Part shown: positions 1 through 13,707 of the stretch, piece after piece
Layout of the letters: the number at the start of each line of letters is the position of its first letter
How positions within the stretch are numbered: position 1 is the stretch's first letter
Assembly: GCF_030684315.1 (NCBI RefSeq)
Contig: NC_081373.1
Location: 40,401,989-40,465,988 of the forward strand
Length of the DNA stretch: 64,000 nucleotides
Direction: 5' to 3'
Source of the DNA: Stegostoma tigrinum
Lineage: Eukaryota
The notes under the pieces: model-generated
What the model was told of the DNA's origin: nothing
Databases searched by the model: none
What the model saw: the letters and a program-made list of their open reading frames with translations, nothing else
Program-made: the position numbers and the translations under genes

Positions 1-628
1 ACACTTCAGTTATGATGGTAGATTGGAGAAGTTGTGACTTCTTACTTTGTAGAAAAGAAGGCTAAGAGGGGATTTGATAAACGTTTCCAAAATCATGAAG
101 GGTCTGAACAAAGTAAAAAGGAAATATCTGTTCCCACTCATAAAAGAGAGCCAGAGGGCAAAGTTTTTATACTTCACTTCAACAATATTATTACACAAGT
201 TTGTAGCAGATAACCCATGTCTCCTGACTCAAAAATACGGGCACTACCATTTTCACCACAAGAAACCAAGAGCACAATTTTAAAATAATTGCTGAGCAGA
301 AAATACAAGCTGAAAAGCAATTTCTTTCAGACAGTGAGTGGTTCGGGTCTCGAAAGTACTGTTTGGAAATGTGGTGGACTTGGGTTCAACTGAAGCATTA
401 GATGATTATTTAAATAGAAACAGTGAGGAAATGGCAGGGATAGTAGGAACTGCAGATGCCGGAGAATCTGAGACAACAAGGTGTAGAGCTAGATGAACAC
501 AGCAGGCCAAGCAGCGTCAGAGAAGCAGGAATGGCAGGAATTTGGCACTAAGTCAAAATGCTCAAAAAGCCAGTGCAGCCATAATGGCAGAATGGCCTCC
601 TTCTGCAATAAAATGATTCTGTGATTCT
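1..628 (+). mobile_element. CR1-type LINE 3' end remnant
   Basis: Degenerate C-terminal ORF2 (YDGRLEKL..KRRLRGDLINVSKIMKGLNKV..LFPL) and CR1-like tail gaatggcctccttctg..gattctgtgattct. Confidence 0.8.
439..529 (-). mobile_element. Short PLE terminal fragment inserted in the CR1 remnant
   Basis: Matches the PLE end at 32133-32225; 9-bp TSD aatggcagg at 430-438 and 530-538. Confidence 0.8.
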
Positions 629-639
629 TAGCTTAGCGC

Positions 640-1425
640 TGGCCCCAGTACATTACCGCATGGTCCGGTGCATATGGGTACTGGCATGCTGTGTCAGTAT
701 CTGAGCTGTTGCTGCGATGCGAAATTAAATGAAAATGGTCTTCATCTTCACTTCCATCTTGCTCATTCTCCTCTGCGTGACAGCTCCCTGTTTCTAAGGA
801 AAGGATAAAGAACAAGGATTGGCTAATGATGAGAAAAGAGGAGAATGTCAGGTGTATCTGTTTACCTCATTTGCGGTTTGTAAACCAGAATAGATCGAGG
901 GGTGAGGGTGAAGAGCCAGAATGAGACAGGAGGAGGATTAATGATCCTCAACAGATTTAGGCATCCTGGTGACCGTGTCCTCAAACATAGCCCTTACCAT
1001 AAAATTATCTACTCCATAGAATTTAAAACTCACGGGCATAGCTCTCTGCTTCCTGTGGATTTGAACTGCCTCTGGTCGTGTGCCACCTTCTCCTGCAAAG
1101 AAGCAGGAATTATGTCAATGAGTCTTGTGCGTGTCATTTGGCCAATGTGGCTGCCATGGTTGAATAGTTAACAATGTGTACAAGCTCTGAGGTGTGGATG
1201 GACCAATCACAACAGTGCTAACCAAGTAAGGGTGAAGTGAAGTGAGGCTATGAGTATCATGTATGAGTCATGGCATTGATCTCCTCCAGCATCTCTTGCC
1301 TTCTGGACCCTTGTCCAAAGGATCTTGGGATACCTCAGAGCACAGAGCATCTCTCCGTCAACCTTTTCTCCAAAGCTTCTAGTACTGTTTCTGAAAACCT
1401 AGGTACCTGTGCTCTCCCATGGCCA
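640..1425 (-). pseudogene. PIF/Harbinger Myb/SANT-like gene remnant (spliced)
   Basis: Minus strand reads RAQVPRFSETVLEALEKRL; acceptor ttgcag followed by EKVAHDQRQFKSTG (exon starts at 1092); acidic third exon (EENEQDGSEDED). Confidence 0.65.
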
Positions 1426-2338
1426 GTTATTACTGATTCTTCCACAGCTCAATATTCTGAATGATCTCAGCATCACAGCAGTCACAACGCATTTTCTCTT
1501 TCGGGTTTGTTTTTAGTCATGGTAGGCACTTACAATACAAGCCACCCTTCTGACTGGCTCAGCTTGTGAAGAGTGCTGTGAACGCTGGCTACATAGAGAC
1601 ATCATGAAAATGAGCTGGCTACTTGAAGTTGGCATCCTGCTTACAGTCCAATTAATGGATGCAAGTTAATCACACTCACAACATGCTGTGTCTATTATCA
1701 GGGGTTATCCAAACTAAACTCGTTAGTCTATAAAATGAATGATCTGGTGTGACCTGAATAAGAAAAAGTATCAGCAGGAAAAGGGATGGCATATTCTAAG
1801 AATTAAAGAGCAATATGTAAATGTTACAGCCCGAATATAAAAGAAATTGATCATTTCTCCTTCAGTTTCAGTCTAATAGTTTTTCCCAATATGTTGAATG
1901 TTGAAAGTTGTGAGTTTCACTTTGTACTTGACAGATTATTCATCCACCCACCACTTGTTTTGAGTCATTTTCTGTTTTAAGTGTTTTATTTGCTGAAGAC
2001 GCATTAGCCTAAGAGTCCAAAGTCTGTCAGACAAAGTCACAAAATAAGCAGGTGTTGGTGTTCAAAAATTCCTTTTACCTCCCCTTTGTTTTTCTTTGGA
2101 AGCCAGAAGTATCTAGAAATGACAGGGTGTTACATTAGTAATACATTTGTAGGGAAACCAGGGCAATAAGGCTGTCAGTCACATACACAAGCTGTAGCCT
2201 TGAGTAAACTAGTCCACAAAAGTTGGTTAGCATTCTTGATCAGAAAGCTTAGTAATACGGGCAATTTAAATCAATATAATGACATGGTAAAGTCCCCAAA
2301 AAATATGCAAATTGCATAACACTGATCAATAACAATAC

Positions 2339-2392
2339 CCATCATAATACTGGAGACAGAAAGGATCCATCATAATATTGGAGACAGAAAGG
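2339..2392. repeat. Two-copy tandem duplication, 28-bp period
   Basis: ccatcataata(c/t)tggagacagaaagg occurs twice. Confidence 0.9.
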
Positions 2393-2589
2393 CTGGAAGT
2401 TAGAGTCAATAAATGTGGAGCCGGAAAAGCACAATAGATGCTGATTATTACTACATGAAGTGGATACAGTATAAAATTGATATTTATTTCTGACATACAT
2501 CAGGTGGACAAGTGGGCTGGAAGAGGCTGAATTAATTTACGCGATAAGGTTTCACTTAATCACTGGAGAATTAGTGGACATTTTTTAGG

Positions 2590-2930
2590 AATATGAATGG
2601 ACTATTGAAATCTTGAGCCTGTTCTGCTATTCACTTAGACCGTCTCTGACCTGTACCTGGATACCAGTTACACATCTTGCTTTATAACCTTTAATTCCAT
2701 TATCCAACAATTATACATAGATCTCAGACTTCTAAAGATTTTAGTTGATCCTATAGCCGCTGTCTCTTGGAGGCAGAATTCCAAATTTCCATTATATTTT
2801 AGTATGGGAAAGTGCATCTATATTATACATTTAACAGCTCCATTCTAATTAGCTCGCCAATTCCGGATCTCACTTACTGAGGCAAAAGGTTTTTTGTCAG
2901 CTATTCTATAAAATCCCTGAAACATGTTTG
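2590..2930 (-). mobile_element. Old CR1 3' end remnant
   Basis: Resembles the reverse-complement CR1 tails at 15300 and 45478 (gagcctgttctgctattca..ggcagaattccaaattt). Confidence 0.5.
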
Positions 2931-3802
2931 AACATAGCTTACTGGGCAGGCAGGCCGGCAGGCCAAACACTGAAGTAGGTCTACAGCAGGGCTAAAAAGT
3001 AAAGGTCTCATAAGTTCAGGGAAGCAGGTCATGAATCAGCAGGCTGAAGTTACATGGAAACACAAAGAGCACAGGAAACAGCAGAGTTGAACTTAAGGAG
3101 GTCTTTAAGATGCAAAAGTGCAAGAAAAATTATGAATAAGTCATTGATAAATCTGCTGTCAGTATTATCTGCCTGTCGCTTAAGAGCTCTTTAAATAGTG
3201 CTACAAATGGCTGCTTCCTGATCTTTACCACTCATCATTACTGAGCATGATGAGGATGCAGGAGCAGTGGCAACCCTGATTGACATAAAAATGATGTTTT
3301 GCTCCTCAGGACATATACATGTTAATGTAATAATTAGGCTGATGCACATTTCAGGCAGGGCAGCTTGCCACTTAAATTAAGATGTGTTTGAAAGTCAAAA
3401 TAAACCAGATTTTGGGATTAAGTCAGGGGTTTTCTTTTGCAATTTTGTTTTACAACTTACTCCACCAAAAATATGGACCATAGGAAGATGTAAAACCAAT
3501 GCCAAGACTTGTGATATTGATGAATGGGAATGGATTAATTCAGATGTATTTTCAACAGAAAATATCAAAGATTGGTGTGGTGAGAGAAAGAAGCTGTTTT
3601 TATGAATGTTAAATTGATTGTTATGGGGTGGAGGGGAAAGAGCAGAGGTAACAGAGGTGCTATCTCCAAAATTGAAAGCCAATATGCCTGGACACAATTA
3701 TTTTGCAATTCTTTGAATCTCACTTTTCTTTTTATTAAAACACAGCACAAAAATTCAGAACTGAAATAAGAATTGGAGCAATATTATCAGTTCAGATGAT
3801 GA

Positions 3803-4125
3803 ATAGAATCCATACAGTATAGAAAGAGGCCATTCAGCCCATCAAGTCTGCACCAGCCCTCTGAAGAGCATTCCACCCAGACCCTGCCCCCATTCTATCA
3901 CCATAACCCACATTAACCATGACTAATCCACCTAACCAGAAAAGCCTTAGACATGGCACACAATTTAGTGCAGCCTCATCTTTGGACTGTGGGTGGAAAC
4001 CAAAGAACCCCATGCAGACATGGGAAGAACCTGCAAACTCCACACAGTCTCCTAAGGCTGAAATCAAACCCACATCCCTGGTGCTGAGAGGCAGCTGTAC
4101 TACCCACTGAGCCAATGTGCCATCC
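3803..4125 (-). mobile_element. HE1-like V-SINE, near full length
   Basis: Minus strand has a tRNA head (tggctcagtgg A box), V-domain tgtgtggagtttgca..ttct.cccatgtctgcatggg and a CR1-derived tail. Confidence 0.85.
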
Positions 4126-7004
4126 ACCACATTTCATAGGTAACTATGACCACAGCAAAAATTTGAAGCGATTAGTGTCTTTATTTTGTTTTATGTAGGT
4201 CTTCCACAGAAGAACAGCAAAGGATCGGGACAACTGCTAAAAAAATTCACAATGGGCTGAAGTTCTGAAGTACAATTGGGATCCCTGGGGAGAGAATTTT
4301 TTGTACAGCATTAATGTGAGTGCTCATCAATAATACTTGACATCTTATAAAATATGGGCTATTTTTGAATTCCATTGCCTGATTTAATCCCTGAGTTTTT
4401 CATGGACTGAAGTACTTCTAGAACACAAACCAAAATCAGTGACTTAAAATGGCCATCGACATCACCTGGCCACAAGTGACAAAGTTTTGAAGTGAATTGG
4501 ATAAAGGCAGCTGAGCTTCAACCTTATCCTGTTGCCCATCTCCTTGAGACAACAGTATATACATCGATAAAGATACAGCAGAGATACTCAGTGCTCCATA
4601 AAACACAATTTGTCTATTAAGTACTTCAGTAAATGATACACACCTTTAACTACTAGAGATATCTTAACCACTGTCCTTTCCTACTCTGGGTTCTGTAAGC
4701 AACCTCAACTGTAATTACCTGGGAGAATTGTCAGCTGACCAGGCTGGAACTCTTCGCAGCGTCATCACTACTCCTCCTGATGTAGGGTATTCCCTCACAG
4801 TTGTTAGTGTTGGAGTGGACCGCTAAAAATTGGGGTTTTCCCAGACTGCTTTTTATATAGTTCAGACGTGCCAAGTTGGCATTCCAATTTTCTTATTTGG
4901 ATTTGCTTGTAAAACTTGTCCAATTTCCAAAGGTTTTACTATTCATAGCGAGCAATTGTCAAATTCCTTTGGCTTCTGCAAATCTTTCTCCCTTTTATGG
5001 TCTCATTTATAACCTAGCCCTCCAATTGGTCTTCCCTGAGGCTGGAATGTCATTCTGTTCATTCTTCCTAACTGCAGCTGGAACCTGGTTGCAGTAACCA
5101 ACTAACTCTAGAGCCAATTATTTGGCAGCTATTTTTTACAATGTCTATTGTCTGGCTTGCAGTTAACTGGTTTCAGTCCACTATAAAGTCTTATGTTGAC
5201 TCTCATATCTTCAGCTTTATCCAACAATCCCATTACCGGACTGTAGATGCCACACTCCAGGAGTTAAGAAAAAGCATATTGGCTATTGTACTTCACACCT
5301 TGATGAGAAAGCTTGCAGTTTGGAGATTGAAACATTACCTAGAATTATCGAGTCTGAAGGCAATGAACTCAGACATGCAAATGCACAAAAAAACTTGTAT
5401 TTTAAGAAGCTGCTTTGAAGAGACAAAGAAAGATGAAATGAAGGGAGCAGAATTGGTGGCTGGAAAACTCTTGCTTGCTCTGTCAAGAAGAAAAAGGCAG
5501 CTGGTTATAATAGTCTAAAAAGTAAGATCAGAACACTGAAAATTCAAAGGATAAATACAATATTTACTGTTTCTGATGATCCAAAACACAAACTCAACAG
5601 CTACAGTCCAGGTTAAAAACCTACATCTCAAGGACAATGTAAAGGATTTAAATTGCATGGACATTTCATTTTCCTTTTGCGCTGGACACTATCCTTTTCT
5701 AACTTTGCATCAGTGCAATTACGCTTGACATTGCATTCTAATTTATTTTTTGTGGGACAAGCACATAATAAAACTCCTCATTTATTCACTTGTAATTGGC
5801 TCCTTACTGATACAGTGGAAATTAGTTAACTATATTTTGTTTGGAGGAAGGTGCTAAACGGACATAAACCTATGCTACAGTCAACCAGTGAAGTTGAAAA
5901 GACGAGCTGATTTTAGCCGCCTTCATCTGCTTGTAACAGACACATGACGAAATCAAGATGGGCTAGGCAGACCGTGCCTCTGATCTGCACCCTAATATAC
6001 AGATAGTACTAATACCAAGCTGTGAGATTGAGTGACAGTGTTCCATCTTCATTAATCTCTTTATCCTCTCGGAATTCAGGGACTTGAATCACTGCCTGAA
6101 CAAATGTTGGAATGTCATTATCAAGGCACACACTAGAAGACTCAAATCCTTTCAAAATCACCTTCTATAATTCAATCTGTGAAGGTGGGGCATCACCCAG
6201 CATAAACATGTTAGAAGTAACCGCCAATGTGCAGGAGTACCAAGCTGGGTTTATTAGAAATCCCACTATAGTTCTCTGAGACTTTGGCCCAACTGTATAA
6301 AAGTCTGCTAGGCCCTCAAGTGCTCACCCATCAGGCCTTAGAAGTCATGTGAGTTTGAAAACAGTTAAACTTCTAACAATCTAACTGAGTTCCTAATCAT
6401 ATAAATTAGATGCTAGAGAGATTCTAATATATGAAAACCATTCAAATAATTTAATTCTTATCAAATGATTATTCTGTTGTAAAGTTAAATAATTTTACTA
6501 TTTCATGAAACAAATCAAAGACAAACAATCATTTAGTAACCTCTTAAAACTGTCAATCAAAATGTGAGCCCAACGCCTCTGCGGAGATAATGGGTTTGGA
6601 GTTTTGGAAACTCAACCAAGCTTTCACAATATTGCTAAACAGCCCTTGAGAAATTTCAAAATTGGTGACTAGTGTAACATGGGAACATATGTTTTTCCAA
6701 AGCTATACCAGCTGGCCGGTTGATCATTGCACTCCAAAAACATGTATGGTTTATTAATCAGTATGGGTGCATGGGTCTGTGTGGATGAGAATTTACCTGA
6801 GTAAGATAGAGTCAAATAAGCATATCTGCAAAATTTAGTTCAAAATGAAAACTCCTGACTGGTTTACTCTCTTCAATGTCATTTTTAGAGTAGTAGTCAG
6901 ATTTTGGCATCAAAATTCTGACCATAATTTGTGCTTGAGTGGTGATTGTGGTCACTGGGATGCAATTGTGAGGCTGAGTGTCATGTGGACAGCATTTTCA
7001 GAGA

Positions 7005-7525
7005 GGTAATCACACTACTGTTTAACAGCCTGGAAGCAGAAAGGGACTAGATGACTGCAAGACAGTCCAAGAGAAACAGGTATGGAGTGCAGGAGTCTCC
7101 TGAGACCTCGTTCACAAATTAGTTTTCAGTTTTAGAACTTGATGAGGTTGCTGGTTCCTTAATTGAGTGCAATCAGTTACGTTTGTGGCTTCTTGAACAT
7201 CTCAGTTGTACAAGAAGGGAGGAAGAAGAAACGAAGAGCACTTGTGATAGGGGGAATCATTAGTTAGGGAATTTCTGTTGCTGTAGATGTAACTTAAGGA
7301 CGTTATGTTGCCTCTGTGGTGTCAGGATCAATAGCAACACAGAGAGGTTGCAGGGCATTCTTCTGTAGGAGGTTGAATAACCTGAGGTTGTAGTCCATTG
7401 TCAAATCAATGACTTATGCAGGAAGGACAATGCATTCTCCTGCATTAAAAATTTAGGGAGCTAGTTAGGAAATTAACAAGTAAGACCTTAAATGCCGTAA
7501 TCCCCAAATTATTCCCAGTGCCATG
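7005..7525 (+). mobile_element. CR1 ORF1 (SGNH esterase) remnant
   Basis: Degenerate RALVIG..IVR..FC..CCL.G.R..ERLQGIL..PEVVVH...ND motif string. Confidence 0.7.
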
Positions 7526-7539
7526 TGGGGAGCCTGTTG

Positions 7540-8500
7540 AATTCTCTTTCACAGAAAGCTATTGAGATCAAAATATTGTAGCACTTCAAGAAACAGATAT
7601 AGCATCTGGGCTAAAGAGGATCAAAGGATATGGGGGAAAAGCTGAAACAGGCTTTTCAGTTAGATGATCATGATTGTGATGGGTAATGGAGGAGGGTGAA
7701 GGGCTGATTGGCCTGTTCCTACTCCTAGTTTCTATGTTTGTATGTTTGCTGCTGCTGGGCTCACACGGGAAATTTGCAGGATAAGTCTTTGAAAATCTGT
7801 CACTTCCATCCATGTATTTTTAACAGTGAGTCCGCTGACTGGTTAGAGAAGCTCTGGAGGTTGGATTCTGGCACCTGAACTTAAGGTCAAACAAGCCACC
7901 ACAATAGTATCAAAGAGCACAGTCAGAAATACTCAAAAAGCCTCATGGAATGATAACCTGTATTTCTAGAGGGCTGGAATATAAGGATGTAGAAGTTTAT
8001 ACTTCAGTTATATAAAGCTTTGATTAGACCTACACCTAAAGCCCTCTGAGTAATTTTGAGCACTACATTCCAGCAGGATATGTTGGCCTTGGAATGAGTA
8101 CAATGCAGATTTATCAGTACAATGACAGCAGTGGTTAAATTATGAGAAGAGATTTATACAAACTAGGATGCATTCCCTAGAGTTTAGAGGATTGAGGAGT
8201 GATTTGACGGCATTTTCAAAATGTTAAGGGAAAGAGTAAAGGTAGATTGAGAGAAAGTTCGGTTGGGGAATCTACGATGGCAGGTTATAAATAAAAAAAT
8301 TAATGAAAGAAACCAGGAAACCATTTTTCATGCGAAGTGTGGTAAAGTGTGGAAAATCTGTTCCTTGAATGGTAGCTGATGCAGCATCAATTATTAATTT
8401 TAAAACTAAGATTGATAGGTTGTTGTAAGCCCAAGGCATTAATGGATCTAGGGCAGCGTTGTTGTATGGTATTCGGTTTCAGATAAACTAAAATCTCCCT
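7540..8500 (+). mobile_element. Two CR1 3' end remnants (~7540-7745 and ~7880-8500)
   Basis: CR1 tail ggcc..tcctactcctagtttctatgttt; degenerate ISRGLEYKD..LYKALIRP..LEFRGLRSDL. Confidence 0.75.
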
Positions 8501-11377
8501 AAAATACACAAAAAACAAAATTCAACTGGTACAATTTCACGTGCTATTGTGAAAACACATTTTAATCAAATTATTTAAAATCGGATTTTTAACATCAGAA
8601 GTTTCAGTTACTGAGTCAAAATCGCAAATAGATTTTTACAACACTTTTTGAGATGCATTGGGAATAGATAAATCCTAACATCCAGCAGACTACTCCATGT
8701 GATATGACAGGCAAGATGCCAACACTTGACTTAACATTTGAAACTCCTATCATAATGTCTCTTAATGCAATCATAGCCAAAGGTGCAGTAATGTTCCATT
8801 ACTATCAGGACGTGCTGATGTTGGACTTTGAATAAAATATGTGATGCACTCAGTTTGTATATTTGCACTAACTATGCTTTTCAGGGCTTTTTCTTTCCAA
8901 TCTGAAGGCTGAATGACTATGTTCATTCAATTCATATTGTTAAATATTGCATCATATACATAAGTCACCATTTTAATGCTTTTGGAATATGAGCAGCATG
9001 AAAATATAATATTTAAGTATTTAACACTTTATCATTTTAAAGCATACAAACAGAATTTCAGAATAAGTCAAAGTGAAGGGTCAGTTGTGAATGAGGCATA
9101 AAAAGGAAATGTACAAAGTCTGTTGTAATATTAAAATATTTGCTTTGGTTGTTAACTTGCAGTTGTCAGATCTGTTTACTTTCTTCAGAACTATTTCAGA
9201 CTTTCTCTCAGATTCCAACTCAAACTATCTCTTGCATTTTTAAGAGTATTGATAAGCTTTTTTATACCCCAAGCATTTGTGGGTTTTTTTTTGCTATCTT
9301 TGCTTTTTGCTTTTTATCTGGCAAGCCCCAGTCTAGCCAATCTGCTACGTCTTTTTATCCTTGATCTACTGCCCGCACTCTTTACAATATGTTGTCTCTG
9401 ATAGAACAATTTTAATCTTGCCAATCTCTCATTTACAGATTCCTTGCTGCTCAATGAACTGCCAATGCTCTTAGCATTGTAACCCGACATTCCCTGATGT
9501 GCTGTTTCACTTTCTGTAATGAGCAGTCCCCTCGCCGTTGCTTAATCTTCCTGATGTCTCATCTTGGCTGACCCAACATTCTTGAATATATTGCTGCTGT
9601 TACTGCATTGTGTTTCTTTTCTGTAGTCAATGTGTTGTCCCCACCATCCCAGACATAATTCTGCTACTCTCTCTGCTACCCCTGTAGATCAATGCTAATT
9701 ATTCTTTCCTGATGATATAATTCATATTTTTAACTCATAAATTTTGAATGTTTCTAGACTTGCCTTTTTGAATTTTGTGGCTAGATGATTCAGAAAATTA
9801 GGTCCTGAATTTGGAATTATCCACCATTCAGGAGCAAAACGAAAACACGTCATCGAGCTAACACCCGCATGGAAAATATAAACACAAACAGAACTTGAAG
9901 CAGGGGATATTATGTGCCAACTAGCTGAAGCTTATGGGCAGCTTTAAATCTACATCAATTCAGTCAGCCAAACCTAAAATAAAAAATATCATGGGGACAT
10001 GATTTAGACAGATAAATTGATGGCAAAGCACCAATGGTTCTCTTCAAAATGCATTCAGTAAGATATTACCACAATTCATGATGGGAGAAAAAGATATATC
10101 AATGTGTGTCCATTGCATTAAATGGTCTTAACTTGACATTATTTCACCAGTTTGAGAAAGTTTAATGTTGCAAATCTGTAAAATAGCAATGTCAGTGAGC
10201 TCTCCATTTGACCCAAGTGGCTTACTACTGAGACTGCATACAAAGTAGAAAAATAATTCATCTTCCACTGGTGCTGTCAACTCACGCTTTAATGAGCACA
10301 CGATAATACCTCTTTGTTATAGCTATGAATTGGCCACACAGCAAAATCCTTTGCAGCAGAAAAGCAACCACATTGGAATACTGTTGAAGGAATCAGAAAA
10401 TGTGAAACAGATTATATAAAAATACCTTGCTAATTAGATGATTTGCTTCTTGGATTTTCAATGATTGTATCAATGAATCTGATAGTTCAAGGTTCAAACT
10501 GTGGTCACATTCTGGTTTGCTTTGCATAGCTCTGTTCTGAAATGATGTGAATACTTGAGTAATGATCACTGCGGTTGGTAGTATGGGGAGATTACTGCCA
10601 CCAGTCGTCTTTCCCATGTGAGTCTCAAGGAGTGTTCAGTAGTCTGTGACAGAGATGGACCATGAATAAATCTTGCAGAAGAGGCTCTTACATTCTATAG
10701 CAAAATGTGGTTTATAATATTTCAGCAATGACATCCCAGGTTATGGTAACTGTTGGATATTATAACTATTACTAACAAGAGGTAGAGAAAACAGATGAGT
10801 CTTTAATTGGAAACCAGGCCAGATCCCAAACAACTAGTTCTCGAGCCAGAGGCTGTATTACATTATTACACTATATGGAGGTCAGTATAACTCGAACATT
10901 AACTTTCTCACAATGACTGCATTACAGATCAGGCTCCATAATAAATATGATTTAAATGTACCAAATCTTCCGAATTCACTCCTGTCATCTAGAATTCACG
11001 ACTGGTGAGTTACGTTTTTCTATTATGATGGAATGGTGGTGATGGAAGGCATGAAGCATGATAACAGGAGTGGTTGGACTGACCCCCTCTGGGGTCTTTG
11101 AAGGAAGGAGGCCTCGTGGGTAGAAGAATCAGACAAAACATTCACTCAATCAGATGTAAACCATTGGTGTAATTTCATGTGTGTACTGCATCTTCCAAGT
11201 TTAATCTTAGTTTTACTTCATGTTTGCAATAATCTGATTAGATTGCCAAATAAATTGAACCTAAATCCATTACCAGTTTTGTGTGAGATTGGTAGCTTTG
11301 CATTAGGAAACCAGACTAGTTCGGATGAAGAGACACTGGACCTGAAATATTATATCTAGTTCCTTCCCACAGATGCT

Positions 11378-12072
11378 TTGAAGCTTGTGAAATCCACATT
11401 GATAGTGGAGGCTTGGGGACCACTTCGCAGAACACCTACGCTTGGTTTGCAATAAACAACTGCATCTCCCAGTCGCGAACCATTTCAACTCCCACCACCC
11501 CCCCCCCCACATTCCTTAGACGACATGACCATCATGGGCCTCCTACAGTGCCACAAAGACGCCACCCAAAGGTTGCAGGAACAGCAACTCATATTCCGCT
11601 TGGGAACACTGCAGCCCAATGGTATCAATGTGGACTTCACAAGCTTCAAAATCTCCCCTCCCCCCATTGCATCCCAAAACCAGCCCAGTTCGTCCCCACC
11701 TCCATAACCTGTTCTTCCTCTCACCTATCCCCTCCTCCCACCTCAAGCTGCATCTCCATTTCCTACCCACTAACCTTATCCCGCCCCCTTGACCTGTCCG
11801 TCCTCCCCGGATTGACCTATCCCCTCCCTACCTCCCCACCTATACTCACCTCTACTGGCTCCATCCCCGCCCCTTTAACTTGTCTGTCTCCTCTTCACCT
11901 ATCTTCTCCTCTATCCATCTTCGATCTGCCTCCCTGTCTCTCCCTATTCATTTCAGAACCCTCTTCCCCTCCCCCTTTTCTGATGAAGGGTCTAGGCCTG
12001 AAACATCAGCTTCTGTGCTCCTAGGATGATGCTTGGCCTGCTGTGTTCATCCAGCTCCACACTTTGTTGTCT
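11378..12072 (+). mobile_element. PLE (Neptune-type) 3' fragment with a small 5' inversion
   Basis: GIY-YIG C-terminus (IMGLLQCHKDATQRLQEQQLIFRLGTLQPNGINVDF) closely similar to the 32-34 kb ORF; C-rich UTR; hammerhead motif; 11378-11404 is the inverted copy of 11623-11649. Confidence 0.9.
11980..12007 (+). ncRNA. Minimal PLE hammerhead ribozyme motif
   Basis: CTGATGA-agggtctaggcct-GAAA-catc; stem III ACGT has decayed to ACAT. Confidence 0.75.
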
Positions 12073-13707
12073 GGCTTATGAATTGCCATTAAGAAAACTA
12101 CAGCATCAACAAACTTAAAAAGGCAGGGCAGGTACATTAATTGTACCTTACAGACATATTCTCCACAACAGAAGTAGGCAATAACGCACAGGCTCTGTAA
12201 GAACATAACTACTAGTTTCAGCACATTTTGGAATGGAGTGCAAGGGATTTGCAAACTTCACTGAAACATGTCAGCCTGTGTTTGGTTAGGAAATACATGA
12301 CAAAGCTGTGACAGGTTGATTGATTTGAAACTGATGTTAACCCCAATGCCTGCACCTACCTCTATGAAAGTGACAGGGGAAGATGAAGCAAGTAAATGGA
12401 CTTCTACAGCTAGAATAGGCAGGTTATTCCTAACTCAAAGGATTGGACTGTCTGGATCCACATTACTCCAAGGTAGGTAGAGAACAGAATTGCAAGTATG
12501 TTTTTCAAGGATTTCAAGGATGTCTCAATCAAAAATCATCCTTAATTGACAGCAAATGAAGTAGAAGCACCAGAAATGCAGGTAGCAATTTTTTGATGGC
12601 CTCCTCTTGTGATTAAAAATCCGAAGGCATTACAGTGAGACAAGTGTTGATGATATCCTGCTTCAGCAGTAACTTTCCACCAATGCCTGATCCTCTTCAG
12701 TGGGCTCAGTTTCAACCTCATCCAGGCTGGACGCTTTCATTTCTTTTCTGCACCAAGTACCTTGGATGCAATGATGTGCAGCATCAAGCAAACAAATCGA
12801 AATTTGACAAATTGTTCTGACTCTGACTGCAAGGCGGATTCTGAGCTGTCTGGTTGTCAGAAACATTGCTTCAGAAGTCCATTTAATCTTTTAATCTAGT
12901 CTTTGCTGAAAGAATAACAGTGAGTTCAGTGGTATTAACGCTTAATATTAATACATAAGTTGTTAAGCAACTTCTGGCAAGGAGCCATCACTGGACAACT
13001 TGTGCCTCGCCATGGTTAGCCTTGCAAGTAGAGTGGCTCTCCCTCAAGATCCTCATGAATGTCAAAATATGCTGCATTAGCAAAGTTAATGGCAATTAAA
13101 TTTGCCATAGAAAGTTAGGGCTTGTAGTCAACAGCAAATAATTAGGAAAACAAATAGCATGAAAGACCAAACAAGACAGTGGAGCACAAGAATAATGTAC
13201 CACAAAAGTGAATAAGTTTGGAAATGGGTATGGGCATCATTAACTGCATTTAAGTTGAAGCTGGTTCATTCAATGCAGGGAATATAAAATGTTTGCACTG
13301 CCTCCTCAGGAACATGGTGGCAGTGAGCATTGAGCTGTACTTCAGATCAGAGATGACAAAATTGTGAAAAGTTAGCACATGCTCATGCTACCCTATATAC
13401 TTCACAAGTAAAAGCACTTTGACCAGACCAGATACTAGAATTGATCGCGGAAGAGTGTCCCAACAGAAAACGCACTGAAAAAAATCATGCAACAAGACAG
13501 AGGGCTTGCTCAAAATTCTCAGACACAGCATTGTGGGCTTTGGTGCAAAAGATTAACAGGAGAAGAGAGGTCCTCTATCCATGGGGAGCCAGCATGCCCT
13601 CAAGCAACAGACTTTATTGAACATAACAATACACTGAGAATGGAAAGAGAATATCTGAATTGCAGGCCTAAAAGCCTAGGTTCCAGTTCCTTCTGATCTG
13701 ATATTTT

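Noticed and set aside
4199-4315. Plus-strand exon candidate (tttatgtag ... gtgagt)
   Set aside because: Stops in all three frames; a non-coding exon cannot be supported from sequence alone.
5141-5518. 125-aa ORF
   Set aside because: No recognisable domain or splice support; a length compatible with chance.
11413-12024. 203-aa Pro/Ser-rich ORF
   Set aside because: Off-frame read-through of the PLE end and its C-rich UTR.
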